From positions 12,607 through 76,606 of the IMG/VR virus record IMGVR_UViG_3300023179_009086: a stretch of DNA of 64,000 nt. One strand, given 5' to 3'. Made by a program: the position numbers and the translations under genes. The DNA is from a virus. Positions 9,560-19,921 of the stretch are shown here, in pieces. The notes beneath the pieces are model-generated. The model saw only the letters and a program-made list of their open reading frames with translations, ran no database searches and was not told the origin of the DNA. Each line of letters starts with the position of its first letter. The first letter of the stretch is position 1.

Positions 9560-11395
9560 TTATTCTATGGTGAGGCTCTTAGCCAGATTAATCGGTCTAT
9601 CTACGGAGCAACCTCGCAAATCGGCAAGGTGTAGTGAGATAAGCTGTCCTACAATTAAGAAAGTAATTGTATTAAGAATTTTATTTTCATTAGATGGGAT
9701 AATTATACTATAATTAACTGAATTAATAAAATCTTGTGGACAACCTTCTTCAAAAATACCGATAACCTGACCATTGCGACTAGTTATTTCTTTAATATTT
9801 GCCATCATTTTGGTTCCGAGAATATTATTCTCAACCAAAGCAATAGTAGGTCTAATATTATTAATTAATGCTAATGGACCGTGCTTTAGCTCAGACCCAG
9901 AATATCCTTCGGCATGAATATAACTTATCTCTTTTATTTTTAAAGCATATTCTCTAGCTATAGGTTCAAGTTTATCTCTACCAATAATTAACATTGAATC
10001 AATATTTTTATAATTATTAAAAATATCTCTAATATCATTAGATTTTAATAAAATTTTTGAAATCTTATCTGGAAGCAAATATAATTCATTTATAATTGAA
10101 ATATAATTTTCAGGAGACATGGTTCCCTTTGAACCAAGTAGGGCTGCAAGAAGAATCATATTAATTATTTGATTGGTAACAGATTTGGTAGCAGCAACAG
10201 ATGCTTCTTTACCAGATCTAATATAAATTCCACAATCTACCATTCTTGAAATAGTAGATGAAACTACATTTACTATACCAATAATAGTTGAGTTTTTCTT
10301 TTTAAAGTTATTTATACATCCTATTGTATCTGCTGTTTCACCAGATTGAGATACACAAATTAATGATGTTTTATCATCTGCAATAATATCATAATATTGC
10401 AGTTCTCCAGCAGAAATTGCTTTGGATTTAATTTTAGCCATAGATTCCATAGCATATGCGCCAATTTGAGATGCATAAAAAGCAGAACCACATCCAGTAA
10501 AAATAAACTCTTGAGTTTTTAAAATTTTAAAAAGATGTGATTCAATACCGCCTAGTTTTATTAACTCTAATAATGGATTTACTCTACCGGCTAGCGTAGT
10601 TCTAATATATTCTGGTTGTTCAAAAATTTCTTTTTCTAAAAAATATTTATATTTATCTTTAGTATAAATTGAATTTACTGAAGATAATTCTTCAAAAGAA
10701 AATGTAGAATCTTTTCCAGAAAAATGTTTAATAATAATATTTTTTTTATGTTCTAAAATAGCATATTTATTATTTTCTAAAACTACTGTTTTTTTAACAA
10801 AATATGGCAAAGAAGGTATATCTGAAGATATATAAAATACATCAGAATCAATTCCAATACAAAGTGGAGAACCTAATCTTGCTAAAAATAATTTTCCTGG
10901 ATTATCTAAATGAGCCATGACAAATGCATAGGCACCTTTTAATTCAGAAAAAACAATGTTTAAAGCTTCTTCAATATTGGAAGTTTTTTCATGCCAATAT
11001 TGTATTAAATTTGGAATAACTTCTGTATCAGTTTCTGAATAAAAGGAATATCCATTAGAAATTAAAAAACTTTTAATTTCAGTATAATTTTCTATAATTC
11101 CATTATGAACAACTGAAATTTTTTTATTATTTGATAAATGAGGATGAGCATTTGCTTCTGTAATGCCTCCATGAGAGGCCCATCTATCATGCCCAAATCC
11201 TATAAAGGAATCACCAGTATCAATATGATCCGGTAGTTTTTCTGGATGACCAACAGATTTGATGATGTCAAATCTATTAGAATAGACTACACTAATACCA
11301 CAACTATCATATCCTCTGTAAGAAATATTTGATAACATTTCTTTTAATTCAGAGTAGTAATTATTTTTACCTATTATACCTACTATACCACACAT
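9560..11395 (-). CDS. glmS: glutamine--fructose-6-phosphate aminotransferase
   Basis: N-terminal MCGIVG nucleophile Cys, RGYDSCG, RWASHG, HNGIIEN, SETDTEV, SQSGETAD, ELKHGPLAL, NLAKS; 611 aa. Confidence 0.96.
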   Translation of the reverse strand: MCGIVGIIGKNNYYSELKEMLSNISYRGYDSCGISVVYSNRFDIIKSVGHPEKLPDHIDTGDSFIGFGHDRWASHGGITEANAHPHLSNNKKISVVHNGIIENYTEIKSFLISNGYSFYSETDTEVIPNLIQYWHEKTSNIEEALNIVFSELKGAYAFVMAHLDNPGKLFLARLGSPLCIGIDSDVFYISSDIPSLPYFVKKTVVLENNKYAILEHKKNIIIKHFSGKDSTFSFEELSSVNSIYTKDKYKYFLEKEIFEQPEYIRTTLAGRVNPLLELIKLGGIESHLFKILKTQEFIFTGCGSAFYASQIGAYAMESMAKIKSKAISAGELQYYDIIADDKTSLICVSQSGETADTIGCINNFKKKNSTIIGIVNVVSSTISRMVDCGIYIRSGKEASVAATKSVTNQIINMILLAALLGSKGTMSPENYISIINELYLLPDKISKILLKSNDIRDIFNNYKNIDSMLIIGRDKLEPIAREYALKIKEISYIHAEGYSGSELKHGPLALINNIRPTIALVENNILGTKMMANIKEITSRNGQVIGIFEEGCPQDFINSVNYSIIIPSNENKILNTITFLIVGQLISLHLADLRGCSVDRPINLAKSLTIE

Positions 11396-11572
11396 GTTAT
11401 ATATTAAAATATTAATATTTTTTATAATAATTTTTTAATTCTATTTTTAAAAATTTTATTAAAAAATATTTAAGTAAAATTTTTATTTTATATATCTGCT
11501 AATAAAAATTTAATTTTTTAAATAAATAATAAAATATAAAATTTAATACAACATTTACTACAATATTTTATA

Positions 11573-12364
11573 TTAATCTTTCCTCATTTTATTTCTTTCT
11601 GATACACACCCAGATAAAACTTCACATGGAATATTTAAATTTTTCATTTGTTCCAATAAAGCACTAGTATCTTTGGGAAAGCAATGACCCCCATAACTAA
11701 GACTTTTATCTGGACCTGGAACAGTTGTATGCATTGGATTTATCCATCCATTTTTTAACATAAGATTTTTTGTTTTGTTAAAATTAATATTTAGCTCATT
11801 ACATAATAAATAAAATTCATTAAATATTTGTACTTTTATTGCATAAAAAGTATTACAAAAAATCTTCATTGATTCAGATTCATGTGATGTACATATAGAT
11901 ATTTCTGCATTAGGATAATATTTTTGATAAAGAGAAATAATATTTTGATGTTTAATATTATTAAAACCAATAACTATATGTTTTTGATTATGAAAATCAT
12001 CAAATGCTGTTCTTTCTGTTAAAAATTCTGGATTATGAACAATTTTAATATTGTATTTTTTTTCTAAAATATGACATGTTCCTGGCAAAACTGTTGATTT
12101 AATTACAACTAAACCAGAAAAATTATTTTCTTTAAGTAAATTTAAATTTTCTTCTATAGCAGAAAGATCATATCCATGTCCATTTTTATATGGAGTGGGA
12201 AGGCAAAAAAATATAATATTAGAATTTATTATAGAATTAATCGATCCAATATTTTGATATTTATCATAAATATTTATTTTTAAACCATTATTATAAAATG
12301 ATTTATTTAAAGCAGATCCGACAAATCCATTACCTATCTGTGATATTATCATTTTAAAATTCAC
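11573..12364 (-). CDS. ugd: UDP-glucose/GDP-mannose dehydrogenase family, short viral form lacking the C-terminal domain
   Basis: GNGFVG, CLPTP, IKSTV.PGT, HNPEFL and YGGHCFPKD (catalytic Cys); only 263 aa. Confidence 0.85.
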   Translation of the reverse strand: MNFKMIISQIGNGFVGSALNKSFYNNGLKINIYDKYQNIGSINSIINSNIIFFCLPTPYKNGHGYDLSAIEENLNLLKENNFSGLVVIKSTVLPGTCHILEKKYNIKIVHNPEFLTERTAFDDFHNQKHIVIGFNNIKHQNIISLYQKYYPNAEISICTSHESESMKIFCNTFYAIKVQIFNEFYLLCNELNINFNKTKNLMLKNGWINPMHTTVPGPDKSLSYGGHCFPKDTSALLEQMKNLNIPCEVLSGCVSERNKMRKD

Positions 12365-13005
12365 TTAACACAATAAATTACAAAAGAACCATTTTCAATA
12401 AATTCAGTATCAATTATTTTAAAATTTAAACTATTTAATATTTTTAAACAATTTTCATGAGATGGTCTATATCCCTCAAAACTTCCTGAATTTTTATTTG
12501 TTTCTGATATTTTTTTATTAAAATGTAATATAGATATTCCATTATCTTTTTGAATTCTATATATTTCAGATAAAGTTAAAGTTAAATATTCTAAAGTTGG
12601 AATATGTTGAAGAACATGAAAAGAGTAAATTATATCAAAAAAGTTATCTTTAAAATTTATTTTTTCAACTTCAGATAAATTTAAAAAAATATCCTCATTT
12701 AAACAGTGCTCTTTACAAAATTTTATCATATTTTCAGATATATCTGTACCATAAAATTTTGCTTCTTTTCTTTTTGAAAAAAACTTTAATATTCTTCCAA
12801 CTCCACAGCCAAAATCTAATATTTTATAACCATTTATATTATTTGTATGTTTTAAAATTATATTATCTATAACACTAATAACAATAGTCTCGTCAAAAGA
12901 AGAAATTCCAGTATTTTTACTTTTTAAAGTAGAAACTCTTTCGTATTTTGCTTCGTCTATAGTATCTACATTCCAAAATTTTTTTATTTTTTCTGAATCA
13001 TTCAT
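12361..13005 (-). CDS. class I SAM-dependent methyltransferase
   Basis: ILDFGCGVGR, GTDISENMI, FDIIYSFHVLQH. Confidence 0.9.
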   Translation of the reverse strand: MNDSEKIKKFWNVDTIDEAKYERVSTLKSKNTGISSFDETIVISVIDNIILKHTNNINGYKILDFGCGVGRILKFFSKRKEAKFYGTDISENMIKFCKEHCLNEDIFLNLSEVEKINFKDNFFDIIYSFHVLQHIPTLEYLTLTLSEIYRIQKDNGISILHFNKKISETNKNSGSFEGYRPSHENCLKILNSLNFKIIDTEFIENGSFVIYCVK

Positions 13006-13011
13006 AACTAC

Positions 13012-13716
13012 CTACTTATTAACTTGCTTATCAATATAATTAATATTATACTTTATATTAATAAAATTAGAAATTTTATTTAATTCATTTTTGTTATTTA
13101 TAAAATTTAAAAAATTTACTTCTAAATATTGATATTTATTCAAACTAAACCTATTTAAAGACCATTGATTTAATACTTCATTTGCATACCAATAAAATTT
13201 ATTAAAATCTGATAAATTATTCCATTCTATTGTATTTTTGTTATTGATAAATTTATCATATGGCTCAAATAATGAATTTTTCCATAATTCATTATAATAT
13301 TTTTTATATTTTAAATCATTATATTCTAAAGATCTTTTTTGTAATCTTAAATTAAAAGATTTTGCAATATCAGTATTATTTCTATTTATTTTTAAAATTT
13401 TAAAATTATAATTAGAATTTATTAAAAAAGGTAAAAAATATCTGCCTAATTTATGATCTGTGATAAAAATATTTTCTTTATTAGAAAAATTTATTAATTT
13501 ATTTTTTAAATATTTATCACATAAATTATAATATTCTTTGTTATTTTTTTCTTGATTTTTTATCTCACTAACAGGAATATCCGACCATGGTTCATGTGCT
13601 ACGATATTGTTATCATTGATATGAATAAAATCTTTTGAATAATTAGATTCACCAAATATATATGATAAATATCCAGTTCCACATCTTCCAGATGAATATG
13701 TAAAAATTATATTCAT
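13012..13716 (-). CDS. sulfotransferase-like protein
   Basis: N-terminal SSGRCGT (5'-PSB-like loop), HEP, and INRNNTDIAKS (3'-PB R..S-like). Start 13716 makes an ATGA overlap with the upstream stop. Confidence 0.6.
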   Translation of the reverse strand: MNIIFTYSSGRCGTGYLSYIFGESNYSKDFIHINDNNIVAHEPWSDIPVSEIKNQEKNNKEYYNLCDKYLKNKLINFSNKENIFITDHKLGRYFLPFLINSNYNFKILKINRNNTDIAKSFNLRLQKRSLEYNDLKYKKYYNELWKNSLFEPYDKFINNKNTIEWNNLSDFNKFYWYANEVLNQWSLNRFSLNKYQYLEVNFLNFINNKNELNKISNFINIKYNINYIDKQVNK

Positions 13717-14627
13717 TTTCTTGACATCTTTAAACAATGTTCAAAAAATATTTCATAACTTAAAATTGTTTTATTCCATGAATATTCTTTTACACTATTT
13801 ATACAATTATTGGATAAATTTTCAAAATTTAATTTTTTTATAATATTAATTTTATTAATTAAATCTTCTATATTTCTTTCAAATAAAAAACCATTATATC
13901 CGTCTTTTATTAAATATTTTGACCATCCAACTTTTGTGCTCAAAACTGGTATACCACACGCCAATGCTTCCAAAACTGGCATTGGACCACCCTCTGATTT
14001 TGAAGCACATATTAGAACAGATCCTTGATTATAAAAACTTGGCATTGCAGAGTTATCTATCTGCATATCTCTAGATTGAGTTAATAGTTTCAAATCTTTT
14101 AATTTACTAAAAGTTGGAAATATAATATCACTATATCCTTTTATATCTCCATGATTGTTTTTGCTTGTATTTCCAGCCCATAAAAATATATTATTAAAAT
14201 TTAATTTTTTACTTTTAAAAAAAATATTTGGATCATATCCAGTTTGTGTCAAAAAAACTTTACTTGAATTTAGATCATTTTTTAAAGCAATTGATGGAAC
14301 ACCAATGGCAATGTATTTATTACAAAAGTTTATAATATCTTTTTCAGACATACACCTCTTTTGCCAAGAGTTATAACTATGTATTCCTACACATATTTTG
14401 TTATTTGTAAAATTTCTAATATTATTTGGTCCAACTTTATGTATATTTCCCCAGTAAAACCAAAAAACTAAATCATAATTATTAAAATCTAATATAATTT
14501 TTTTATTAAGAATATCTTCTTCATAAACTAACTCATAATTAAATTTTTTAGAAAATTTAATAATATTTTTAGCTATTATATCGTAAGCCCAGTCTTTAGT
14601 GTCTGCTACTATAAGTATTTTATTCAT
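13713..14627 (-). CDS. glycosyltransferase, GT4-like
   Basis: SKSEGGPMPVLEALACGIPVLST. Confidence 0.88.
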   Translation of the reverse strand: MNKILIVADTKDWAYDIIAKNIIKFSKKFNYELVYEEDILNKKIILDFNNYDLVFWFYWGNIHKVGPNNIRNFTNNKICVGIHSYNSWQKRCMSEKDIINFCNKYIAIGVPSIALKNDLNSSKVFLTQTGYDPNIFFKSKKLNFNNIFLWAGNTSKNNHGDIKGYSDIIFPTFSKLKDLKLLTQSRDMQIDNSAMPSFYNQGSVLICASKSEGGPMPVLEALACGIPVLSTKVGWSKYLIKDGYNGFLFERNIEDLINKINIIKKLNFENLSNNCINSVKEYSWNKTILSYEIFFEHCLKMSRK

Positions 14628-15750
14628 ATTTTTTTATAAAATTATAATAATCTAAGTTTTTATTTTTTTCTAATAAATTAATATTTTCAAAAAATATATT
14701 AGAATAGTTTTTTTTCAAAATACCATTTGTTCCTAATTTTATTAAATTATTTGTTGCTTCAAAATTATTAAGATATAAAAGTTTTTTTGTTTCTTGTGAT
14801 GCAAAAAGATTTTTATTTCCAAAATTATTATAAGCAATTACTGGTTTTTTCAAAAACATTGATTCTCTGATAGACCTTGACAAAGACTCCATCTTACAGC
14901 AATGTAGTATGCAGTCCATAGATTTTATATAAAAATTTGCATCAGGAACTAATCCTGTAATATTTACATAGTTTTGAATATTTAAATTCAAACAATTATT
15001 TTTAATAGTTTGAATATATTCTTTATCTCCATCTCCTATAAAATATAATTTTCTAGGAAAAACAATATAGTTGTGTTTTTTTTCAATAGATTTAAAAATG
15101 TCAATTGCATCAAAAGGATTTTTAGATGGTTGAATTCTCCCTATAACTCCTATAGAAAATTCACTATTTGGTATATTAAAATTTTTCTTTCTAAATTCTT
15201 TATAATCAAAATTATTTAATTCTAAATAACGTTTTAAGTTTAATGGTGGATGCAAATAAATAAATTTATTTTTTATTTTTAAATCTATATCTTTGTTTTT
15301 ATTATATGTTAATGATAAATGATGATTTAAAGTTTCTTTTGAATTAAAAATAAAAAAATCAACATTTAAATTATCATTTAATGGAGATAAAACATGAATA
15401 GAATTTTTTCCTGGAACATAAATATTTATATTTTTTTTATTTTTTAGTTCTTGTTTTATTTCATCATTTAATATTCTATATTGTAATATAAAAAAAAGAT
15501 CAGTATTTTTTATATTTTCTAATAAAATATTTTTTGAATAAAATTCTTCTGTAAAAACTTCATTTGTTAAAATATTAAATCTTTTTGAAAAAATATCAAA
15601 ATTAATAAAATCTTTAAATATATTATTATTTTCTATATCAAAATTAATCCAAGTATTATAATTTTTATTTTTAAAATATAAATATAATTCTATCATTGAT
15701 GTTTCTGCGCCACCAATGCCAGCTGGTGGTCTTATAATTCCTATTTTCAT
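14620..15750 (-). CDS. glycosyltransferase, GT4-like
   Basis: GGAET, IGRIQPSKN, MESLSRSIRESM. Confidence 0.88.
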   Translation of the reverse strand: MKIGIIRPPAGIGGAETSMIELYLYFKNKNYNTWINFDIENNNIFKDFINFDIFSKRFNILTNEVFTEEFYSKNILLENIKNTDLFFILQYRILNDEIKQELKNKKNINIYVPGKNSIHVLSPLNDNLNVDFFIFNSKETLNHHLSLTYNKNKDIDLKIKNKFIYLHPPLNLKRYLELNNFDYKEFRKKNFNIPNSEFSIGVIGRIQPSKNPFDAIDIFKSIEKKHNYIVFPRKLYFIGDGDKEYIQTIKNNCLNLNIQNYVNITGLVPDANFYIKSMDCILHCCKMESLSRSIRESMFLKKPVIAYNNFGNKNLFASQETKKLLYLNNFEATNNLIKLGTNGILKKNYSNIFFENINLLEKNKNLDYYNFIKKYE

Positions 15751-15764
15751 GTTTTTCTCTTATT

Positions 15765-16637
15765 TTATTTTTTTAAAAAATTTAAAAAATTTTTAGATTG
15801 CTTTTTCCATGTCCAATTTTTTACTATTTCATTTTGAAATAAAATTCCATTTAAATTTAAATCAATATTATTATTTATAATATTGTTAACTTTTAAATTA
15901 AAATCATTTTCTGATATAATAATATTATCTTTTAAATTTTTGTTTTTAAATAATTCAGAAACATTTCCAACATTTGTTGATATTACATTTCTTCCACAAG
16001 CTGATGCTTCTAGCACTGGATTTGGAGTTCCCTCTGATGAGCTATAGCATATTAAAGTTCCTATTTTATTGTAAAAATCTACCATTTGGTTTTCATCAAA
16101 CAAATCTTTATTTGTAGCTGTTATTAGTTTTGCATTTTTATTTTTTAAAATTATATTTTTAATAATTTCAAACCTTTTTTCTTTTCTATCAGAATTACCT
16201 ACAAATCCAAAAATATTTTTATATTCATTTGGATTTGTATATTTTTTATATATTTTTTCATCCACACCAAATGGTGTATAATAAAATGAATTATAATATT
16301 TTTTATACTCTTCTAGTAAATGAATATTTGATACACTAAATTTTTTATGTTTTAATAAAATTTCTTTAATATTTATTGGTCTATTTTTTTCATGGCTACT
16401 TATTGTAGTTATTAAATTTAAATCTTTATTTATTAAATAAGGTTCAATAATTTTATAGATTGGCCAATTTAATAAATAAATTATATCAAAATTTTTTAAA
16501 TTAAAATTTTTAACTTCATTAAAATGAATAATTTCTGCATTTAAATTTAAATGTTTTTTTAAATTCATAGCCCTTTTATATAAGGCCCATTTATAACTAT
16601 CTACTATAAATAAATATTTTAAATTATTTGTTTCCAT
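15765..16637 (-). CDS. glycosyltransferase, GT4-like
   Basis: SSSEGTPNPVLEASACG; paralog-like to 13713..14627. Confidence 0.88.
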   Translation of the reverse strand: METNNLKYLFIVDSYKWALYKRAMNLKKHLNLNAEIIHFNEVKNFNLKNFDIIYLLNWPIYKIIEPYLINKDLNLITTISSHEKNRPINIKEILLKHKKFSVSNIHLLEEYKKYYNSFYYTPFGVDEKIYKKYTNPNEYKNIFGFVGNSDRKEKRFEIIKNIILKNKNAKLITATNKDLFDENQMVDFYNKIGTLICYSSSEGTPNPVLEASACGRNVISTNVGNVSELFKNKNLKDNIIISENDFNLKVNNIINNNIDLNLNGILFQNEIVKNWTWKKQSKNFLNFLKK

Positions 16638-17530
16638 TTTTCTATATATGTTTTAATATTAAAATATTTAATAGCTGTTTCTCTACCAGCATTTGAAATT
16701 TGATCATAAAGCGTTTTATTAGATAATAATAAATTAACTGCCTTTATCATACTATTTGGATCATTTGCAATTAAACTATTTACTTTATCTTTAAAATAAA
16801 ATGGTGTATCATAATTTGAGGTTGTAATTATTGGCAAACCACACATCATGGCTTCGCCTCTAGATCTTGGAACTGCACTATGCAATGCTGTATTTAGATA
16901 TCCAGAGTATGAATTATAAATATCAACTAATTTTGGATATGGAAATGTTCCAATATTAGATGGTATTCCTTCATTGCCATGACCAATTACGTCACAAATT
17001 TTAGTCTGATCATTAACAAGTTTCCAATTAGAATATCCTAAAAATTCCCCTCTTTGTTTAAATAAACTATATGATGATAATATTCTTTTATTTTTAATTA
17101 TATTTAATAGTTTAAATTCATTTGGATCAAAACCATGAACTATGTGATAGTGTTTTTTGGCTGGCATTTGTTTTTTAAATTTGTCCATAGATACTTTTGA
17201 ATTCCAGACAACAATTTTACACCAATCTGGAATTTTAAATGGAGTATGTGTTTGAACTACTGCTATTGGTTTTGCGCCATTTTTTACAAATGGATAATAA
17301 TCTTCATGTTTTATTCCAGATCTAATCATTATAACATCAGGAGATATATCTTTTAAATTATCTTTTGTTATAAAATTGACATTATCTTGTTTTGGCCTTC
17401 CCAATGATTCATGCGTATGCAATTCATTATTTACTCCCATACAATAAAATGTTGCATTATTTTTAAAAAATTCATATTGATGACCACCATGTACTAGGAA
17501 GTCTAAAACTTTAGGATATGATTTCATCAA
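16619..17530 (-). CDS. glycosyltransferase, GT-B (GT4/CgeB-like)
   Basis: VPRSRGEAMMCGLPII and AGRETA C-terminal motifs. Confidence 0.82.
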   Translation of the reverse strand: MMKSYPKVLDFLVHGGHQYEFFKNNATFYCMGVNNELHTHESLGRPKQDNVNFITKDNLKDISPDVIMIRSGIKHEDYYPFVKNGAKPIAVVQTHTPFKIPDWCKIVVWNSKVSMDKFKKQMPAKKHYHIVHGFDPNEFKLLNIIKNKRILSSYSLFKQRGEFLGYSNWKLVNDQTKICDVIGHGNEGIPSNIGTFPYPKLVDIYNSYSGYLNTALHSAVPRSRGEAMMCGLPIITTSNYDTPFYFKDKVNSLIANDPNSMIKAVNLLLSNKTLYDQISNAGRETAIKYFNIKTYIEKWKQII

Positions 17531-18548
17531 TTGTTTTCTCTATAATATTTGAGACATTTTTTATTGAAAAATCATTAAATAAATTAGATTTTTTTATTTT
17601 ATTATTAAATACAAATCTTAATCTTTCTTTTAAAGATTCAATATTTGGTTTTGCCCATTTTTGATCACTAGAGTATAGTTTATTCCATTCCATTCCAGTT
17701 ACTGGAACAATTTTATGATTAATATAATAAATGTTTTCTTTTAAAAAATCAGTAATACCACCGTATTTTGTTGTAATAATTGGATTACCAAAAAATGCTG
17801 CCTCATGAATGGGCATACCCCAGCCCTCTCCATAGTGTGGTAGAACAAAACAATCACTATAATTATGCAAAGAATAAATATTACTTTCAGATAAATAATC
17901 TGATATTAAAAAAACTTTTGCTTTACTATTATAGTATTTTTTTATTTTTTGTATTTGCTCTATTATATCTGAAACTTTTAAATTAGAAATTAAATTAATT
18001 TTTAAAATTAAAACAACTTCTTCTCCATATTTAAATTCATCAAAATAAGCATTTAATAATTCATTATAACCTTTTCTTGGTTGCCATTGAAAAATAGAAT
18101 AAAATTTATAATAATTTGGATTTAAAAAATATTTAGATAAAGTATTTTTTAATTTAATATTTTCCGTATTTAAATTAGCAAGAGATGGAGTTGGAATTAT
18201 TTTAATGGGATTTTTGTACCCAGCCTTAAGACAAACCTCCTTTACCAATTCACATGGAGCCCAAATTTCGTCAGAATCAATAATACTTTTCGACCATTTC
18301 TCTGGTAAAGAATCAGTTTCCCAATAAAAATAAATAATTCGATATTTTCCAGATCTATCAGCTGGATAGGGTGGATGATTTAAAAAGAATTCTATATCAT
18401 ATTTTAAATTATGATCATATGAAATAATATCATGAATAATTTTATAATCAATTTTATGATTTAAAATTTCTTGAAATGATTTTTTAAAAGCCTCTGTAGC
18501 CATTCCATATCCAGAATTGCTTTTAACTCCATTAAAAATTATATTCAT
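17511..18548 (-). CDS. glycosyltransferase, GT4-like
   Basis: SGYG, YWETD, QPRKG, GEGWGMPIHEA. Confidence 0.9.
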   Translation of the reverse strand: MNIIFNGVKSNSGYGMATEAFKKSFQEILNHKIDYKIIHDIISYDHNLKYDIEFFLNHPPYPADRSGKYRIIYFYWETDSLPEKWSKSIIDSDEIWAPCELVKEVCLKAGYKNPIKIIPTPSLANLNTENIKLKNTLSKYFLNPNYYKFYSIFQWQPRKGYNELLNAYFDEFKYGEEVVLILKINLISNLKVSDIIEQIQKIKKYYNSKAKVFLISDYLSESNIYSLHNYSDCFVLPHYGEGWGMPIHEAAFFGNPIITTKYGGITDFLKENIYYINHKIVPVTGMEWNKLYSSDQKWAKPNIESLKERLRFVFNNKIKKSNLFNDFSIKNVSNIIEKTIDEIIS

Positions 18549-19921
18549 ATTATTATTCCATCAATAATTTTCATTTTATTATCAATATTAATTTCTATTG
18601 GTTTTTTAAAATCTTGAATAATTCTTTTAAAAAATATATTTGCAATATTTTCTGCATTATATTCTTTTGATTTTAAAACATTTTTATAATTATAGTTATA
18701 GTTATCATTAATAAATAATTTAATTTTATTAAAATCATAATTTATTTTATCAAATGTTAAAGAAATTGTATCTTTTAAAAGATCTGGTATTCCACCAACT
18801 TCGGTACTTAAAATAGGCAGGCCTGATGCTAATGCTTCTAAGATAACATTTGGAACACCTTCCATTTCTGAGGTTAATAGTAAGCAATCAATTTTCTTAT
18901 AAAAATCTAAAGCATTCTGCCATCCCAACATAGTAACATTTTTTCCTTTAGAATATGAAATTACTTCTAATTTTAATGGTCCATCACCAGCTATATATAA
19001 AGGTAAATTTAATTTTTCAGCTAGATCTATAGCTAATAATGGATTTTTTTCTTTAGAAAGTCTTCCTATAAAACCTAGATTTTTAATTTTAGTTGTTTTT
19101 CTGGAAAAATTAAATTTATTAAAATCTAATGGTGGAGGACAAATAATTTGTTCTTCAACATTAATATTTTTACCAACAAGAGTGGAGGTTTTAAAAACTA
19201 CATCTATATTTTCTCTTTTTTCTATTAAAGACATAGCATCTGGCCATACAAAATCACTATGATAAATTTCATAAATTTTAATAGAAGGATTTAATTTTTT
19301 ATATGATAATAAATCATTATATAATTTTTTACTATTATAAAAAATTATTTGTTCATAACTATTTAAATTTAAAAATTGAAATAAATTATTTAAATAATTT
19401 TTTATTTTAATATTTTTTGAAAATGTTGAATTTTTAATTTTATTATCAGAATTAATTAATAAATCAATAGGTAAATATGAAGGAACAAATTTTAATAAAT
19501 TTTCTAAATAAACTTCTGCGCCACCATATAATTGATATGGAATAATAAAACATATTTTAGCATATAAATCTATATATTCTTCTTTTTGTTTTGAAATAAT
19601 TAATCTATTTATAATAATTTTTCCAATAGATCCTTTATTTTTTTCAATTAAAATTTCATCAGGCTCTTGGGGTAAAGAGCAATGTATTTTTTTTACATTA
19701 AAAATATTAGAATCAATTATTTCTTTTATATTTTTTAATAAAATTTTATTTTTAAAAAATGAAATATTTAAAAAACTATCTCCAGATTGTTTTTTGCAAA
19801 TTAATTCAATAATAAAATTATTACTTAAATTACTTACTGGAAGTTTAATTTTGTAATTAGAAAAAATTTCTATAGGAAAATTATATAAATTTTTATTAAA
19901 CTGTGAATCAAAAAGTTTCAT
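18545..19921 (-). CDS. glycosyltransferase, GT4-like, with ~115-aa N-terminal extension
   Basis: YGGAE, IGRLSKEKN, SEMEGVPNVILEALASG. Confidence 0.9.
   Translation of the reverse strand: MKLFDSQFNKNLYNFPIEIFSNYKIKLPVSNLSNNFIIELICKKQSGDSFLNISFFKNKILLKNIKEIIDSNIFNVKKIHCSLPQEPDEILIEKNKGSIGKIIINRLIISKQKEEYIDLYAKICFIIPYQLYGGAEVYLENLLKFVPSYLPIDLLINSDNKIKNSTFSKNIKIKNYLNNLFQFLNLNSYEQIIFYNSKKLYNDLLSYKKLNPSIKIYEIYHSDFVWPDAMSLIEKRENIDVVFKTSTLVGKNINVEEQIICPPPLDFNKFNFSRKTTKIKNLGFIGRLSKEKNPLLAIDLAEKLNLPLYIAGDGPLKLEVISYSKGKNVTMLGWQNALDFYKKIDCLLLTSEMEGVPNVILEALASGLPILSTEVGGIPDLLKDTISLTFDKINYDFNKIKLFINDNYNYNYKNVLKSKEYNAENIANIFFKRIIQDFKKPIEINIDNKMKIIDGIII

Noticed and set aside
11396-11572. glmS ribozyme or replication origin in the gap upstream of glmS
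   Set aside because: Nearly all A/T; no ribozyme core or stable stems, and no iterons recognised.
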